Assembly (NCBI RefSeq): GCF_016432865.1
Contig: NC_067399.1
Span: 216,690,001 to 216,754,000, forward strand
Source: Antechinus flavipes
Taxonomy: Eukaryota
Reading direction: 5' to 3'
DNA length: 64,000 bases
Shown here: positions 11,700 to 25,599 of the stretch, piece by piece
Numbering within the stretch: the first letter of the stretch is position 1
How the letters are laid out: every line of letters starts with the position of its first letter
Translations under genes and position numbers: made by a program
The notes under the pieces: generated by a model
Told to the model about the DNA's origin: nothing
Database searches by the model: none
Seen by the model: the letters and a program-made list of their open reading frames with translations, nothing else

Positions 11700-13600
11700 T
11701 ATGATAGAAAGGTCATCTCTTTGAACATCCCTTCTAATGTTGCTGGTTCTTACCTTTGGGGCCATGGAGAGCAGGTCTGATCTCTCTTCCACAGAGCAAC
11801 CCTTAAAATAATTGAATACAACTTTTATATGTCCCATAGTTCTTCTTCTTTTCTCTAAACCCTTTCAATAGATCCTTCTATGACATGAGCTCAAAGAATT
11901 TCACCATTTTGATTTTCCCATTTTGAATCAATGTCCTCATTCTTACATTGTGGTACTGAGAAATGAATACAATGTATACATAACCTCACCAAGGCCCAAT
12001 ATTAAGGGATGATAGTCTCTTTGTCAGAGAAATTCTGTCTGTCTTACTGGCATCCAAAATTGTCTTTTTTTTTTTTTTTTTTTTTTTGAAGGGGAAAGGG
12101 GCTGCTTACTTTTTATGTAGCAAAGAACTGGAAATAATAGAGAAACATAGCCTTATAGAATGGCTAAACAGACTGTGGTACATGAATGCAATGACATATT
12201 GCTATGCTGTAAGAAATGACAAATATGATGAACACAGACAGATATAAGGAAAGACCTATATGAACTGATGCAAGACAAATTAAGTAGAACCAAAGAAACA
12301 CTACACACCACAACTACAAAAATAGAAATAAGAACAATAACCACAAAACAACCAAAAATGAATGTCAGAAAATAGATTCTCCCTATTTCTTTGTGGATAC
12401 AGGGAGGCTATGAGTGTATAACATTGCCTAAATCTGATTATAATACATGAGAGAATTTTAATTATTATTTTCTTCTTTAAAAAGTTGTGATAAGGGATGG
12501 CTTTTCTGGGAGGGGGCAGGAAAAGGAGTGATATAGGAAGAAACATATATAATGAAAAAATATATATCCATTACCTATATTTCATTCACATATATGTATA
12601 TATTTTTTCAACTCTGCTGACTCATCTGAGTCTTTTAATAGTCAGATATGTTTCAATTAAACTACCATATAACAATGACTTTCCCACCTTTTATTTGTGA
12701 AAGCAGTTTTTTTAAATCATATTTAAGACTATTTGAAGTATACTAAATTTAATATTAGATTAAACCCAGAACTTTTATTTGTCACCATTTAGTATTGAGA
12801 CAATAATCCCCAAGATATTTGAGATACTTAAAGACAATTGATATGCTATATCCCTAAGCGCTATATGATCAGAACATTTCATAAACATATAAGTTATGAC
12901 TTTAATCAGGTCATTGGTAAAATTATTAATTATCTTCTAGCTCTTCTCATACCATTATAGCATTCTATCTCTCATGATAAAATCAAAAAATTCATGACAA
13001 TTCTTTGTTTCTGGCCATTCAGATCTGTCTGTTACATATTATCATACAAACCATGTATCTTTATATTTCTATAAGAATAATATGAGAAAGAATCCATTTT
13101 TTTCTTAACCTACATAACTTCAGCATTCATCTGACTTACCAGTTTAGTAAACCCATCAAAAAAAGCAAATATATTTATTCTGACCTATTCTGGTTGAAGC
13201 CTTTTTGCGATTACCATTTTGGGGGAGTACGTTTTCACTATCATTTTAAGGATACCTTCTAGACGATTTCAAGAATTAAATTTAAACTCTCCATTCTAAA
13301 TATAGTTTTTAGCTTCTAGTCACTACATTGTTTTAAAAATAAAGACTGAATTTTCTCTCCTGCTGTCCTATGGCACCTCTCCAATTCTCTATGACTTTTA
13401 AAATTTTACTGACAGTGACTTAGCAATCACATTTTTGGTTCCCACTCTGTCTCCCCCTGTTCTGATTGGTAAATGAAGGTATATTTTATCTGGGCAATGT
13501 GACTTGATTTCATCAAGGACAGGTAGGCCATTCTGGTTGAGGTTCAGTCATTTTTAAATTGTGTTCAACTCTTCATGCTAATTTTTTTTTGGCAAAGATA
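11700..13600 (-). mobile_element. L3/CR1 LINE relic (RT and 3' region), interrupted by L1
   Basis: reverse-complement CR1 motifs, e.g. ccacagagcaacccttaaaataattgaatacaac and (minus strand) ccagaataggtcag...gctttttttgatgggtttactaaactggtaag, similar to L3 RT. Confidence 0.7.
12090..12570 (+). mobile_element. L1 3' fragment nested in L3
   Basis: gcaaagaactggaaat...gaatggctaaacagactgtggtacatgaatgcaatg...aaagacctatatgaactgatgcaa. Confidence 0.85.
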
Positions 13601-13790
13601 ATGAAGTGGTTTGTCATTTGCTTCTCTAATTCATTTTTATAGATAAAGAAACCCCAAATGGGGTTAAGTAACTTGCTTAGGGTCACACATCTATTAAGTG
13701 CTTGAGACCAGATTTGAACTAATGAAGAAGAGTCTTCTGAATTTTAGGCACAGAATTCTATCCACTGAGCCATCTAGATATCCCTAGATG
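13590..13790 (-). mobile_element. MAR1-type SINE
   Basis: aaagataatgaagtggtttgtcatttgcttctct...aacttgcttagggtcacacatcta...ccactgagccatctag. Confidence 0.75.
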
Positions 13791-14199
13791 TTTCTTACTA
13801 TCTCCTTAATTTTCTTGTGTATCAATTTCTGCTTGATTTGTTTATTCTGTCATTTGCAGTGCAAATGTGACCTTCCTTTGAAGATACCAGCTGAAAGGAT
13901 CTTTAGTTAATCTGTGACTTATTTGGAAATAATAATAATGGATATCTTAGCAATGTTCATATTTTTATATCTTTTGTGAATTAATAGTCTTCATAATATT
14001 TCTTGAAAAAAAGGCTTTTCACACACAAAAAACAAAAACAACTATGCAGTTCTTTCCCATTATTATGGAAATGAGGTAGAAATGACTCAAGTAAATGATG
14101 TACAGGGCTACTGTCTTGTTGATATGACTTATTCACCAAAAATGGCTTTAGAATCACTCAACTAGTATAGAGTTCCTTATGAAGTACATTTATTCTTTG

Positions 14200-15480
14200 T
14201 TTTTAAACTTCCATCTTATTTTTCAGTTAATTTCATTACTTTCAATTAAATATTTACTTTATTTCCTTCCCAAATCATCTAATTTAAAAGGAAAAAATGT
14301 AACAAATGTCCATACTCAAACAAAACAGATTCCCACATGTCCGTGGTCAAAAACATATGTCACATTCTGTACCTTGTCTGCATCATCTCGCTATTAGAAA
14401 ATAATACAGATTGTCCTTTGAACTTATATTTGGTTATTACATTATTCAGAGATCTTTAAGATTGTCAAAGTTGTGAGGTTTTTTCCTTCATTATAACGCT
14501 GCTATTAGAATATAGGTTATTTTTCTGATTATATTTACTTCACTATGCATTAAATTATATGAGATTTTCCCCCAAATTTAGTAGAAACAGTCTATTATCA
14601 TTTCTCACGGCATAAGAGTATTTATTTATATGATTGAGTGTTCATCCCTTCTTCTAATTGATATTCTTTTTTTATCTTGTTGTTTTGATTAAAAAAGAGA
14701 TAGCATTAATATTTGTCTTCCCTTTCACCTTTTTTTTTCTTTCTTTGTTCTCTTTAGAGGCATAGAGCCAAGTAGTGATTCTAAATAGCCAATAGATATA
14801 TAATTTAGTAACATTTAGTTTAATTCAAATTAATCTCCAGAATTTATCTCTCCACCAAAACTGTATTAATATGTCCTTTTTTTTCCAGCAGGCTCCAAAA
14901 CTATTTCCAACTTTTGTTATTTTTGCCAGTATAGCCAGGTAGATATTCAAACTTACTTTATTTTACTTCTTTTTAATTACTAGTAGCTTGGAGAAAACTG
15001 TTAAATCTTAAGGTGATTATTTATAATTCTTTTAAAAGTTATTTATATAACTCAGACTACTCATTTATTCAGTAATCTTTCATGATCTTAAAGATTTAAT
15101 TTCCGAGTTATACACACACACATACACACACACAATACAAATATGTTTATATGTATTTGTATATATAGTATTAGACCTTTATAAGACATTTTAAATGCAT
15201 ATTTTTTGCTTGTTTCTTTTTTCCCAATTGACAATTTATCTTCTTGTTCTAGTTACATATATTTTGTTCCTACAAAAGATTTCATATGGTGTCTGTGGTT
15301 TGAGAAATGAGCAAGCAAATTGTGGTATATCAATGTAATAGAATATTATTGAACCATAAAAAGGATACATGAGAAAATCAGGGAAACAGAATTAAAAATT
15401 TAATCAATCCACTTCATTTCAAAGCTAAAGGTCAAAATTAATATGATTTTTATATTTACAAAATGAATCAAAATGGTGGT
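14200..15480. mobile_element. old L1 fragments (minus ~14200-15300, plus ~15300-15480)
   Basis: marsupial L1 3' UTR and ORF2 end motifs; aaattgtggtatatcaatgtaatagaatattattg. Confidence 0.6.
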
Positions 15481-15859
15481 AATGAAATAGATCATTTCCA
15501 GATAATTCCTTTGACAAGAATAGACAAGTTAGGAGGAAAGATAATAAATCCTTTTGGGGATGTTGAGTGTAAGATACCTATTAGAAATCCAGATGAAAAT
15601 CCAGACAACTAACTCTTAGTTTAAGACTAAATTATAGAGAATATGTAAGATCTGTGTATGTAAATATCTCTGTTTTGTTTTCCATTTTTAAAGAAGAGGT
15701 CCTTTAATACAAATGCATACTCCATAAATCATTCTTTTAACCATGTTCTCCTAATGGTGCATACTATAACTTTGGTCATTGTAGGCTTTGCACCAGGTCT
15801 TTAAATTTTATCTAATCTAATCATACTATTTTTAAAAATCATCAGATTTCAGGATCATA

Positions 15860-16460
15860 AATCTAGAGCTGATTTGGCTACTCTCTACTCTATCTTACAG
15901 TTCAGGAAAACAAGACATTCTTTGCAAGGTAAAATTACTTGCCCAAGGTTGCTCAGATACAAGTGCCAAATAGAGGGATTTAAATTCAGGTTATCTGTCT
16001 CTAGAGCTATATACTTCAACCTATATCATTCCACTATCATATAATGCATCCTGGTTAGCTTGAGAGACAGAAAAATAAAGTGATTTATTTGAGATTGCAT
16101 AACTATTTGGTCTAGATGTCGATTCTAAATGCAATAGACTGATTTTTATACTATATTGAGGAGTGGGAATGTGCCCTCTCAAATGCTTAATCAGACTCAG
16201 TTGTGGAAAAATAAGCATGTTTGCTGGCTCCAGAAGTGATGAGCCTTATAAAGGATAAAATGTTGGACATAGAATCTGGAAAAGCTAGGTTCGAAGTCTA
16301 AATCCAATACTTAGTAACTATGATAACATGACTAAATTTTTTTAACCTACTTGAGACTAGATTTCCACATCTGTACAATGGAATTAAAAATATCTTTAGG
16401 ACCTGCCTTACTGGGTTATCATGAGATACAAAATATTAAATGTATGTACAATGTATAATG
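15860..16460. mobile_element. two MIR SINEs (minus ~15860-16010, plus ~16255-16460)
   Basis: acttgcccaaggttgctcag core; ctaggttcgaag...tttccacatctgtacaatgg. Confidence 0.65.
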
Positions 16461-17399
16461 TTTTATTATAGTCAGATATGTTAATCTACAATTATTCTCA
16501 CAAGTTTCTAAAGTAGAAAGCACATCAGTAATTCATATCATTGTACCTGATCCTCCAGTTTGTAACAGGAACTTCCATGAAACTAGTACCCAGAAGCAGA
16601 TCCTGATGTAAAGTAAATCTGTATGATCAAAGGATAGTTTGTATGGTGACAAAAATAATAGGCTCAATGAAAGGATCTCCCCAGTCTGACACAATATTTA
16701 ACAGAATTGTAACACATTGCAGGAGTTCTCTCTCCTGTCAGAAAAGGAAATCTCTAAAAGAGAATGGTGGTAAAGGGAAGAGGATCATGGAAGCTGAAAG
16801 GGAATTCAGAGACCATCTAGTCCAATCAAATAATTTTCTAGAACCTCATTTAGAGAATATATCTACTTTGACTCTTGGTTTCTGTGATGCTTTGCAATGA
16901 AAGTTGTGACTTTACCAGATTGGTAGAATGCTAGAGTTTTCTATCTCTTACCTGAAGTGAAAAGGACCTTTTAAGTTATGTTTTGTTTTTCCTTGCCTTT
17001 CTGATAGATTTGTTGTGAAGTGAAAGAGCATTGCCAAGAGCTCTCTACTTGGGAAAGCCTAAAATAACAAGTACCTTTGGGAAGCACTGGAGATTGAAAA
17101 GAAACCTACTCTCCCCAGAGCCTATCACTTTTTTTGTGTGCCAAACCCAAGATGATTAAAAAAAAAAATCAAGAACCCTCAGTTGGGGCAGTATTAATAT
17201 TCCTAGGAATGTTAATTAGCGGATTTTGCAATTGTTATTCATCCATGGAGTATAGTTTTGCTCTCTTGCCAATAAAATTTCTTCTATAATATTATGAATA
17301 GAATTTTTCTTTTGGAAATTAGTCTCAGTTGAGGTGGGGGGGGGGGAATATCATGCAGCTATCCTGCCCTCCACATTTTCTAAACTGAAGAAATATAAA

Positions 17400-18430
17400 T
17401 GAAGTCATGAAAATAAGAAAATCTCTCAAATTTGTCTGAGCCATTTAATCAATGGGAACTTTGCAACAAATAATATATTTGTAAAACAATTAATGTGATA
17501 ATAGCTAATTCTATGTGGATGATATTTCCTATCTCCATTACAGTACTCTGCATCTAACTGCCACAGGCCAATATCTGGCTTTGCATTGCCATTCTCCTTA
17601 GAAGTAGAGATACCAGTATAGGCAAACCCCAGGGAGCAAAATCCAGCTGCTGCAGCTGCCTGTGATAAGCAATAAATAATACATTTTGCTCAGCCCCCTG
17701 AGCTCAGCCAATTACCTTATAAGCCAAAGTTTATGATTGTTAAATTGCTTTCCTTTTTTTCTTTCTTAAAAAACTCCAACAACAAAACAAAAGGAAAAAA
17801 AAACTTCACTGTCAGTATAGAAAATGTAATTCAATGTAATTTCATAGGAACTTATATCTACTATTTAGTTGTTTTCTTATATTTGGAAAGATCACTAAGG
17901 CCCATAAAAGATAAAACATATGACACTAAAGACTTCCAACAATACTTTTGCAAGAGTGGGGAAAAATATATCCTTAGTGCTGCTTAAGTGCTCTCGGCAC
18001 ATTATTATGTGATTCCTTTGATTTTTCCCTCATTATAGTTATTTCCTGCATGTTATAAATGAGGCCATTGTATCGGCCAGAGACCAATTTCCGTACTGAG
18101 GTTGATTAGGCAGTTAGCTGTCCTCCGCTTTTGCAATATCTCCTTGTCTTTACCATGGTTTCCATAATGCCCTTGATTCATGCACATCTCAGGATTTTAC
18201 CTTTTTCATTAGTGTAGAGTCCTAATGAACACTTGGTTGCATTTAATCTCTTGCTCTAACAAAATGATCAAAGTTGCCATAGTAATATGAAATTAAATCA
18301 GTGTAACAATGTCTTCTCCATACATGGATGCAATATACTAGCTATTCATGGAGTGGTTTGGTCTGGGCAGTTTGACACAGTGACTTGTTTCCAGATTGAA
18401 TACTAAGATTCCCATCAGTTTGACTAGCTG
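17400..18430. promoter_or_regulatory. unique block, candidate enhancer
   Basis: tandem CAGCTG E-boxes at 17644-17649 and 17653-17658, TGATAAG at 17663-17669, and four CpGs between ~17995 and 18130. Confidence 0.3.
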
Positions 18431-18785
18431 TTGATCTTAATCATCTACTAAGAAGAATTTTTTTTAAGCAACAAAAAGAGAGGATATAAGCATGTGTGTA
18501 TACTCATGTGTACATACATACTCACACGGGTATACACATACTCACAGAGATATCTGATACACACATATATTTTGTAGTTTTTCAGTCACTGTAGTTGGAT
18601 CTGACCCCATTTTGGAAGCAAATATATTGGAATGGTTTGATATTTCCTTTCCATAGATAAATATGGAGATGGATAAATGTATATACAGATATATACATAA
18701 AAATCTCTATGTGTGTATATATTTATATTTTAATCTACATTTGTATTAATATATACCTAGATAGATGATGCCTATATATATATAC

Positions 18786-18816
<31 letters not shown>

Positions 18817-20459
18817 TACACATAGATATTTCTATGTGTGTGAATATATTTATGTTTTACCTATATTTGTTTTAGTCAATAGATTGATAAATAGAAGATA
18901 CACATATGCATAGAGTGTTTATTGTTTTAATGAATGGGATGGATTATTCTTTTAGTAACAAGTCAGAGAAGCTTAGAGTTTGAAGAAACTTGAGAGATTA
19001 GTCCAACCCTCACAGCAGTGACCACTGAAGCCTTAGTTTGCCCATGATAATCTTATGTTATACTTTAGATCACAGAAACAAGAGTATCACATGCTATCTA
19101 TTTATCATATTGATAATACCAATATAATTTTTTGAGATAACATAGAAGGAGAAACTCCTTAGCTCAAGGAAGTGTGGATGAATCAAAAGAATGGCGTCTA
19201 TCAGTATATGGAGTATGTCCAAGTGATCCTTAGGTAACACAGGTAAGACTGAGTTTGCCCATGATCTTTTTCATGACAAGCAATTTCTCTCATATGCAGA
19301 AAAAAGCTCTTAAAGATGAAAGTACAAAACTCATCAAATATGTATGTGTATGCTTACATACTGTATGCATGCGTATGTTTATATATATAAAGAGAAAGAG
19401 AGAAATCCTGATTTTGTTTAACATTATATCATAACTCAGACCTTTTGAAACTTGTTCAGTTGTCTTCCCATTTCCTGAAATTGAATTGTATTCCTTATCC
19501 ATATTTGTGATGAAATATTTATGCTTGTATCAACAATTTTAGGACAACAGAAGATTCTATCAGCACCACAGACAGTGCTCTACAACAATACTCACTGACT
19601 AGAAAAGTTGGATGCATCAATACAATCTTTTGTTTCTTTTCATTATCCTTTATCATAAATATTGTTGGACTTCTTTATGAATCTAAAAATCATCAGCTAC
19701 CTCTTTATTTCTAAACAAGTTCTTCTACACATCTGATAAGTTTCAGTTGTTTCTCTATTCCAGACCATTTCTAATCATTTTTAAGGGATTGTCTGAAGTC
19801 ATATATTCTAAGTCCTTATATTATTTACATTTCTCTCTACGGTCTTCAATTAGTTCAGAGAGCATAAAAATAGTGATGGATCCTGGTGAGACATGTCAGA
19901 AATACTAAAATCTGTATAGTACAGGTAGGCAAGGAATGGCTAAACAGGGAGGGAGGAATTGTTCTAACTTAAAAAGCAGCAGACAATTTCAGGAAGTTAT
20001 CAGAAAATTCACTGATTTTAAATCATGAAGCACAAAACAAATGTGAGCAAATTATTGTTATCATTATTATTATTAACCAGTATTTATTAAATAGTTACTG
20101 TCATTCATAGTGTTTAGAAAAGTATAAGTGTTATGGATTAGCACTCAGTTCATATTCAGGCAAAAATGCATAAAAAAGTTGTATAGAGGGGGTAGAGTTT
20201 GAATTAATCAGAGTTGCCCATCAAATAAAACAACGGGTCTTAGAAAAGGAAATGAGGAATCAAAGAGAGAAAGAGTATCATTAACAATCAGCAGGCATCA
20301 AGAATAATGGGCTGTTCACATACCTATCTTTGAAATTCAGGTTTTAAAGACACAAGAGGGATAAAATTTCTGGTGACAAATATAATATAAAGATGGATAT
20401 TGATGGAAGAAAAATTTTATATTTCATTTTTTTCTTAAAGTCATATATACTGTAATATA

Positions 20460-20675
20460 AATTTTTAATCTTTTTTGTGTTATGGAACTATTTGGCATTC
20501 TAGTGAAGTCTATGGACCTCTTATCCAAACAATGTTCATAAATTCACAAAATAAAATAAAAAGTATGTATCCAAACATAATGCAAAGTTTGTAACAGAAG
20601 TTACAAGGAATTCAATTATGTCAAAAATGTAATTATCAAAACATTAAAAAAATATATATGCACCCCAGTTAAAAA
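20460..20675 (+). mobile_element. hAT-type non-autonomous DNA transposon (MITE)
   Basis: ttttgtgttatggaactatttggcattctagtgaagtctatggacctc...aaaataaaat; related copies at 39715-39895 (opposite orientation) and 60940-61140. Confidence 0.6.
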
Positions 20676-20686
20676 GGTATAATACA

Positions 20687-20830
20687 GTGGCAGCTAGTTG
20701 GTGTATTGATAGAACTTCAGTCCTGAAGTCAGGAGGACCTGAGTTCAAATCTGACCTCAGACACTTAATACTTCCTAGCTGTGTGACCCCGGGCAAGTCA
20801 CTTAAGCCCAATTGTCTCAGCCAAAAAAAA
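20687..20830 (+). mobile_element. WSINE1-like SINE
   Basis: gcagctagttggtg...cctgaagtcaggaggacctgagttcaaatctgacctcagacacttaa...cccaattgtctcagccaaaaaaaa. Confidence 0.9.
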
Positions 20831-22139
20831 GTGTAACTAGCAAGTAGTGGCATTATACAAATTCACTAAATTAAAAGAATTATACTAAGCATGCATTATA
20901 ATTGAACAGAGAATAGTTTGTAGCTTTAAAAGTCAGTGAGTTCTATATTTGCATTTAAGAAAACATTAATAACCCTTTATGAGGTAGACAAGGAAGCTGT
21001 CCTTTGGTTCATTAGTATTCGTTTGTGGCACCATGCCAATGAACATATATTCTGAATACACAAGTCAGCAACAGTTCAACTTTCCCTGTTTAGAATTCCA
21101 GGAAAAAATATATATATTTTTAACTTAAAGCAGAAACTGTGATATCTTTGTTAACTCTAGATTATTTGCTTCAGGTAGAGAGCAGGAAAGTCAGATTCAT
21201 AAACATGAAATTTCTTGATTAATCCCAACATTAGGGGCATGGAAAGAATGCTGAAGTATGAGTGAAAAAACCTGGTTTTGAATCTGAGCTCTACTACTTA
21301 TTCCATGTGTGACCAATGGCAAGTGGCTAAATTCCCTGGTCTTCAGCTTCCTTCTCTATAAAATGGAGATTAATTAGATGGTTTCTTATAGTCTTTTCAC
21401 CTCTAACATTTTATACCCAGTCATTCTTTATACCTTAATGGACTGCATTAAATAAAAGCTAGTTCTGGGATGTTTTCTCTTCTTATATAACAGAAAAATG
21501 GATTCTATCTTGATTTAAAGATTAAAGAGATGAGAAAAGAGATGGGTCTATGATGTATTTTCACTACAAGCATCCGTCCACAGGATAGAAAATCACTTAT
21601 TGAGAATGATAGAGTTACATATGGCTCTAAGTGATTGCCTGAGCAACTGAACAGGAAACATGCAATAAAAAAAAAAAAGTAACAGTTTTTTTACTATTGT
21701 AAACAATGTAAAATTCATTTTTCTTAAAAGCCACTATAAAAGTAATTCTTTGTGTCCTTGTTGAATTACATGTTCCATTTGCCCTCAGAGAAATTTTATT
21801 TTTAATCTTTCTGTTTTAATATATACTTTGATTTCTTGTTGAGAAGGATTTTTTGTCTGTATTAATGAGTGGGATGATGTAATTACAGAAATGTTTTATT
21901 TTTTTTAATTCCATCCTAAAGAAAAAACATTACAAAAATTTTGTATATCTGGGTAAAGGTCTTTCACCTAATAAACAATCTATAGAAATATATTACTGTT
22001 GACCACCATCTTTAGAACCTAGAAGTTAGGATTGTTTTCATAAATGTTCATCAAGAGAAATAAAAGCAAGAATCAGAAGTCCTCAGGAGACAAAATCTAA
22101 GAAAAGAGCCAGTTATAAAATGCAGATCCCCAAAAGGCA

Positions 22140-24330
22140 ATGAACAAATGCACAAAGAACAGGCAATAAGCACAATGAACTAGATAAAGATCTTAATTCA
22201 TAAGAAGTAAGAGTTAACTTCATAGCTATCAGTAACATTTAGTCTGATGAGATTTATGAAGAGAATATGGATCTAGAAGCATCTTAGAATGAATGAAGAA
22301 ATAAACACTTAGGAAAAGATGAAGAAACATGCTTGTCACAGAGGCATGGTAAAGTAAGGATATGGTATTTTCATTATCTGGTTATTTATTAGAGTGTTAT
22401 TTGTCAATAGTAGAGATACTCAGACTTTATTGATTTCTTTAATGATAATATTATTCTTCAAAATATAGAGGAAACAAAAAAAGGCATAAATCTATTTGGC
22501 ACTTGATTGTCATCATAAAAAAAGGAAATTGTTCATATGAAGGAAATTGTGGCAATCTTAGAAAATGTCAGAATAAACCACTTGGAAACCACTTGGAAAA
22601 TGAGATGAAAACTGAGTATAGTCTAATCAGTACCCTAAGTATGAATCAAGAAGATGATTCAGTGAAAAGATCAACAGTTACCTAAATTTCCAAAAGGAAG
22701 TTAGTTAGGTGTCCTAAGAAATCCTGAAGAATAAAATGCTAAAAACTCAGTGGGAAACAAGACAATTGAGTTTAAACCAGGGAAGTTGCTTAAAGAGAGC
22801 AATGTGAAGACACAGGGAATTTAACAACCAGATGATAATGGGAGTGGGAGGGGCAGGGTTGAATTATACATAGATTATAAAAGAAAGCTCATATAAGAGA
22901 AAACAAGTATAAAAGTGATATGGTAATGTCAGGAATACTGAGGTTCAAAGTAAGCTGAAGCTCATAAAGAATATGATAACTAACAAATTGAATATTCATA
23001 GGTATGTGGGAGAAAGAGGAGAATCAAAAAATGAACTGGAACACTCCTTAGGGCAAATGGGACTATGAAAGGGAAGTGTTCAACCCTTATTTCTTTCTTT
23101 CTTTTTTTTCCCTTTGGAGGAAAATTACTGGATTGTAAACAACAGAATACAATTTGTTGGGTTTTTTTTTTTTAATATGTTTATATCCAAGATAAATATA
23201 TAAAGGAACACTTAGAAGCCCTTGGTGTTTGAGTTAATTAGCTTTGGTGAAATACGATCTTTGGTTCTATGAGAAACTGGCGAATGTGATTGCTGTATGA
23301 CTATCAGAGACTGTTGAAATTCTATAGAAATAAGAAGTAGCAGGTACTTGCAGGAGAGAAAACCAAAGGAAATCATCAATTATAATCAAGTAAGTTTAGA
23401 CTATGCTTTCTGAAATATGTTACTATGTGTTAATGAAGTTATGGTCACCATAAATCTAGAAAAAAAAAACAATGATCACAAACTAGCATGACTTGAGAGG
23501 TCGTGCAAAACTAAAATTATTTTCACTCTTTCAGTCATTTATTGATTCATTCATCTTCCTATTTATTCATCTATTTATCAATTCATTTATTTGTTTGTTT
23601 AGGTAAATTATTATAAACAGTTATCTTAGAATTTAGCAAAGCATTTGATAAAATCAATTGTACTATTTCCTTTTTAAAAAGATGAAGTTTAGAGAGTTCA
23701 ATTATCTGGATTCCAAGTTGGAGAAATAAATGAATCCAAAAATTATTCAACAATGACTCAAAGTTAACTTGGAAGAAAGTCATACACCTCCCATGGACTA
23801 AGTGCCTCAGGGAAGTATACTTGGCCTTATGTATGGTGTTTAATATTTCATTAATAACATAAAGTTATAATTGTCATTAGAGAAGCATGCCATTGGAAAT
23901 GTGACTAATGCAATGGTTGGTGGAGTTAGGGTTTTAAGAGTTAGACTTAAGTTGGAAGGAATGTCACAATTTAATAGGGGGTAAATGTAAAATCTTACAT
24001 TCATTAAAAAAAAAAACATCAACTCAGATACAAGATAGGACTCCAATTTCTAATTGTCTATGATGAAAAAACAAATGATCTTAAGCTTTTAGAGACTACA
24101 AATTCAATTTTAAATAGCAATGTGATATAGCAGCTAAGAGAACTAACACAATCTTAGACTTCACTAAAAGAAGTATAAATCTAGTATCAGGAAATCCTTC
24201 TTACTATGTCCTTGCCAAATGACATCCAGATTATTGTGTCCCAGTTCTAGAATTCACAGTTTAAGAAAGTCATTAATAATCTGAAAAGTGTTCTGATGTA
24301 GGCAATCACAATAGTGAAGAGTACTGAGTA
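22140..24330 (+). mobile_element. L3/CR1 LINE relic (endonuclease region ~22140-22720, RT ~23600-24330)
   Basis: acaaatgcacaaagaacaggcaataagcacaatgaactaga; gcttgtcacagaggcatgg; aatgataatattattcttcaaaa; gaatttagcaaagcatttgataaaatc (DFSKAFD-like); gtgcctcagggaagtatacttggcc (VPQGSILG-like). Confidence 0.75.
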
Positions 24331-25099
24331 GACTACGTGATTGAGTTTGGTGTGTTGTATGAGAATACTGTCTTTCTATTACACAAAAAGGACCGATATT
24401 TTTCATTTATCTAATTTAGTCTCACTTTCAACAGTAAGCTCTAGCACCATATACTACAGAGCCCTGTTCTAAGATAGATGCTTTGTTTTTTTTTTGTTTT
24501 TTTTTTTTTTTAACTTAGTAAGAGGGGAAACTGTAGAATGAAGTATAAATGACTAAAATTGGAAGACATGACATTCATAAATTTGTATAAACTCAATGCA
24601 CACTTTCCAAGATGAGTGCTATTTTTTAATTTGATTCCCAGATTTGAAAACATACTTGTTAGACTAGAATCAACAGTATGTAGAGATCATGAACATACTT
24701 TTATTGTTATTCATTTGTAAAGTCATAACTTATTAGTATAGATATTTCTAATATTTGTTACTGAAGAATCTAGTTTCCCTTTCTCCATAGTCTTTAAGTG
24801 ACATTTAGAAACAACATGATCAACTAAATAGAATAGGGTACATTATAATATGTGTCCCTAGTCAAGTCCCTTGACTTGAATTTATCCTTTGAATTATGAA
24901 CAATTAAGATTTTTGAGATAAGCTATAGTTTACCTAGGGAAAGGTAACTAAGGCAAACATGAGTTTAAATGCCATGCAATATAAGAATCAATTAAAAGAA
25001 TGGGTAATATTTAGACCTAAAATAGAAAATACATCATTGATATGATCACTATCTCATAGGATTGTCATGTGAAATAAATTTCAGATAAAGTTATATGAT

Positions 25100-25325
25100 A
25101 GAAGATTCTAGCTCAATGTGTAGAAGAATTTCCAAATCATTAAAATTATTTAGCAATGAAATGACCTGCCTTGGGATGTAGTACATCTTCATCAGATGTG
25201 GCCAAATAGATGCTGTATGCCCATTGTCAAAGGTAATATACAGGGAATTCAGACTTTTTTGGGGAAAAAATTAGAGTAGATCTCTGTAGTCACTTCTTTC
25301 TGTGATATTCTAAGATTCTATGAAC
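25100..25325 (+). mobile_element. L3/MIR3 3' end
   Basis: ctgccttgggatgtagt...ttagagtagatctctgtagtcacttc...attctaagattctatga terminus. Confidence 0.6.
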
Positions 25326-25379
25326 TCAAAATACCAGTAACAGTAGAAACAAGAGGCAGAGACACATTAATAGATATGG

Positions 25380-25500
25380 ATAATAGGAGAAAAGATAAAG
25401 GAAGAGAGACAGACAGAGACAGGGATACAGACACAGAGATAGATAGAGATAGAGAGACAGAGACATAGAGAGGAAAAAGGAGAGGAGAAAATATAACAAA
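25380..25500 (+). repeat. (GAGACA/GATA)n purine-rich repeat
   Basis: direct reading. Confidence 0.8.
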
Positions 25501-25599
25501 GAAAAACAAATAGAAATCCTAATTTCCTGCCTATGTGGATCACCCTTTTCAGTAGAATATATGATAACTTCCTTATCTCCTGTAATGGGTATGTAGATG

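Noticed and set aside
13140-13295. Apparent minus-strand exon with a strong CTG|GTAAGT donor and several CpGs
   Set aside because: It has stops in all three frames and matches the L3/CR1 RT region, so it is repeat-derived.
20687-20830. tRNA-like A and B boxes
   Set aside because: They belong to the tRNA-derived head of a SINE; there is no cloverleaf or acceptor stem, so this is not a tRNA gene. The same applies to the other SINE copies.
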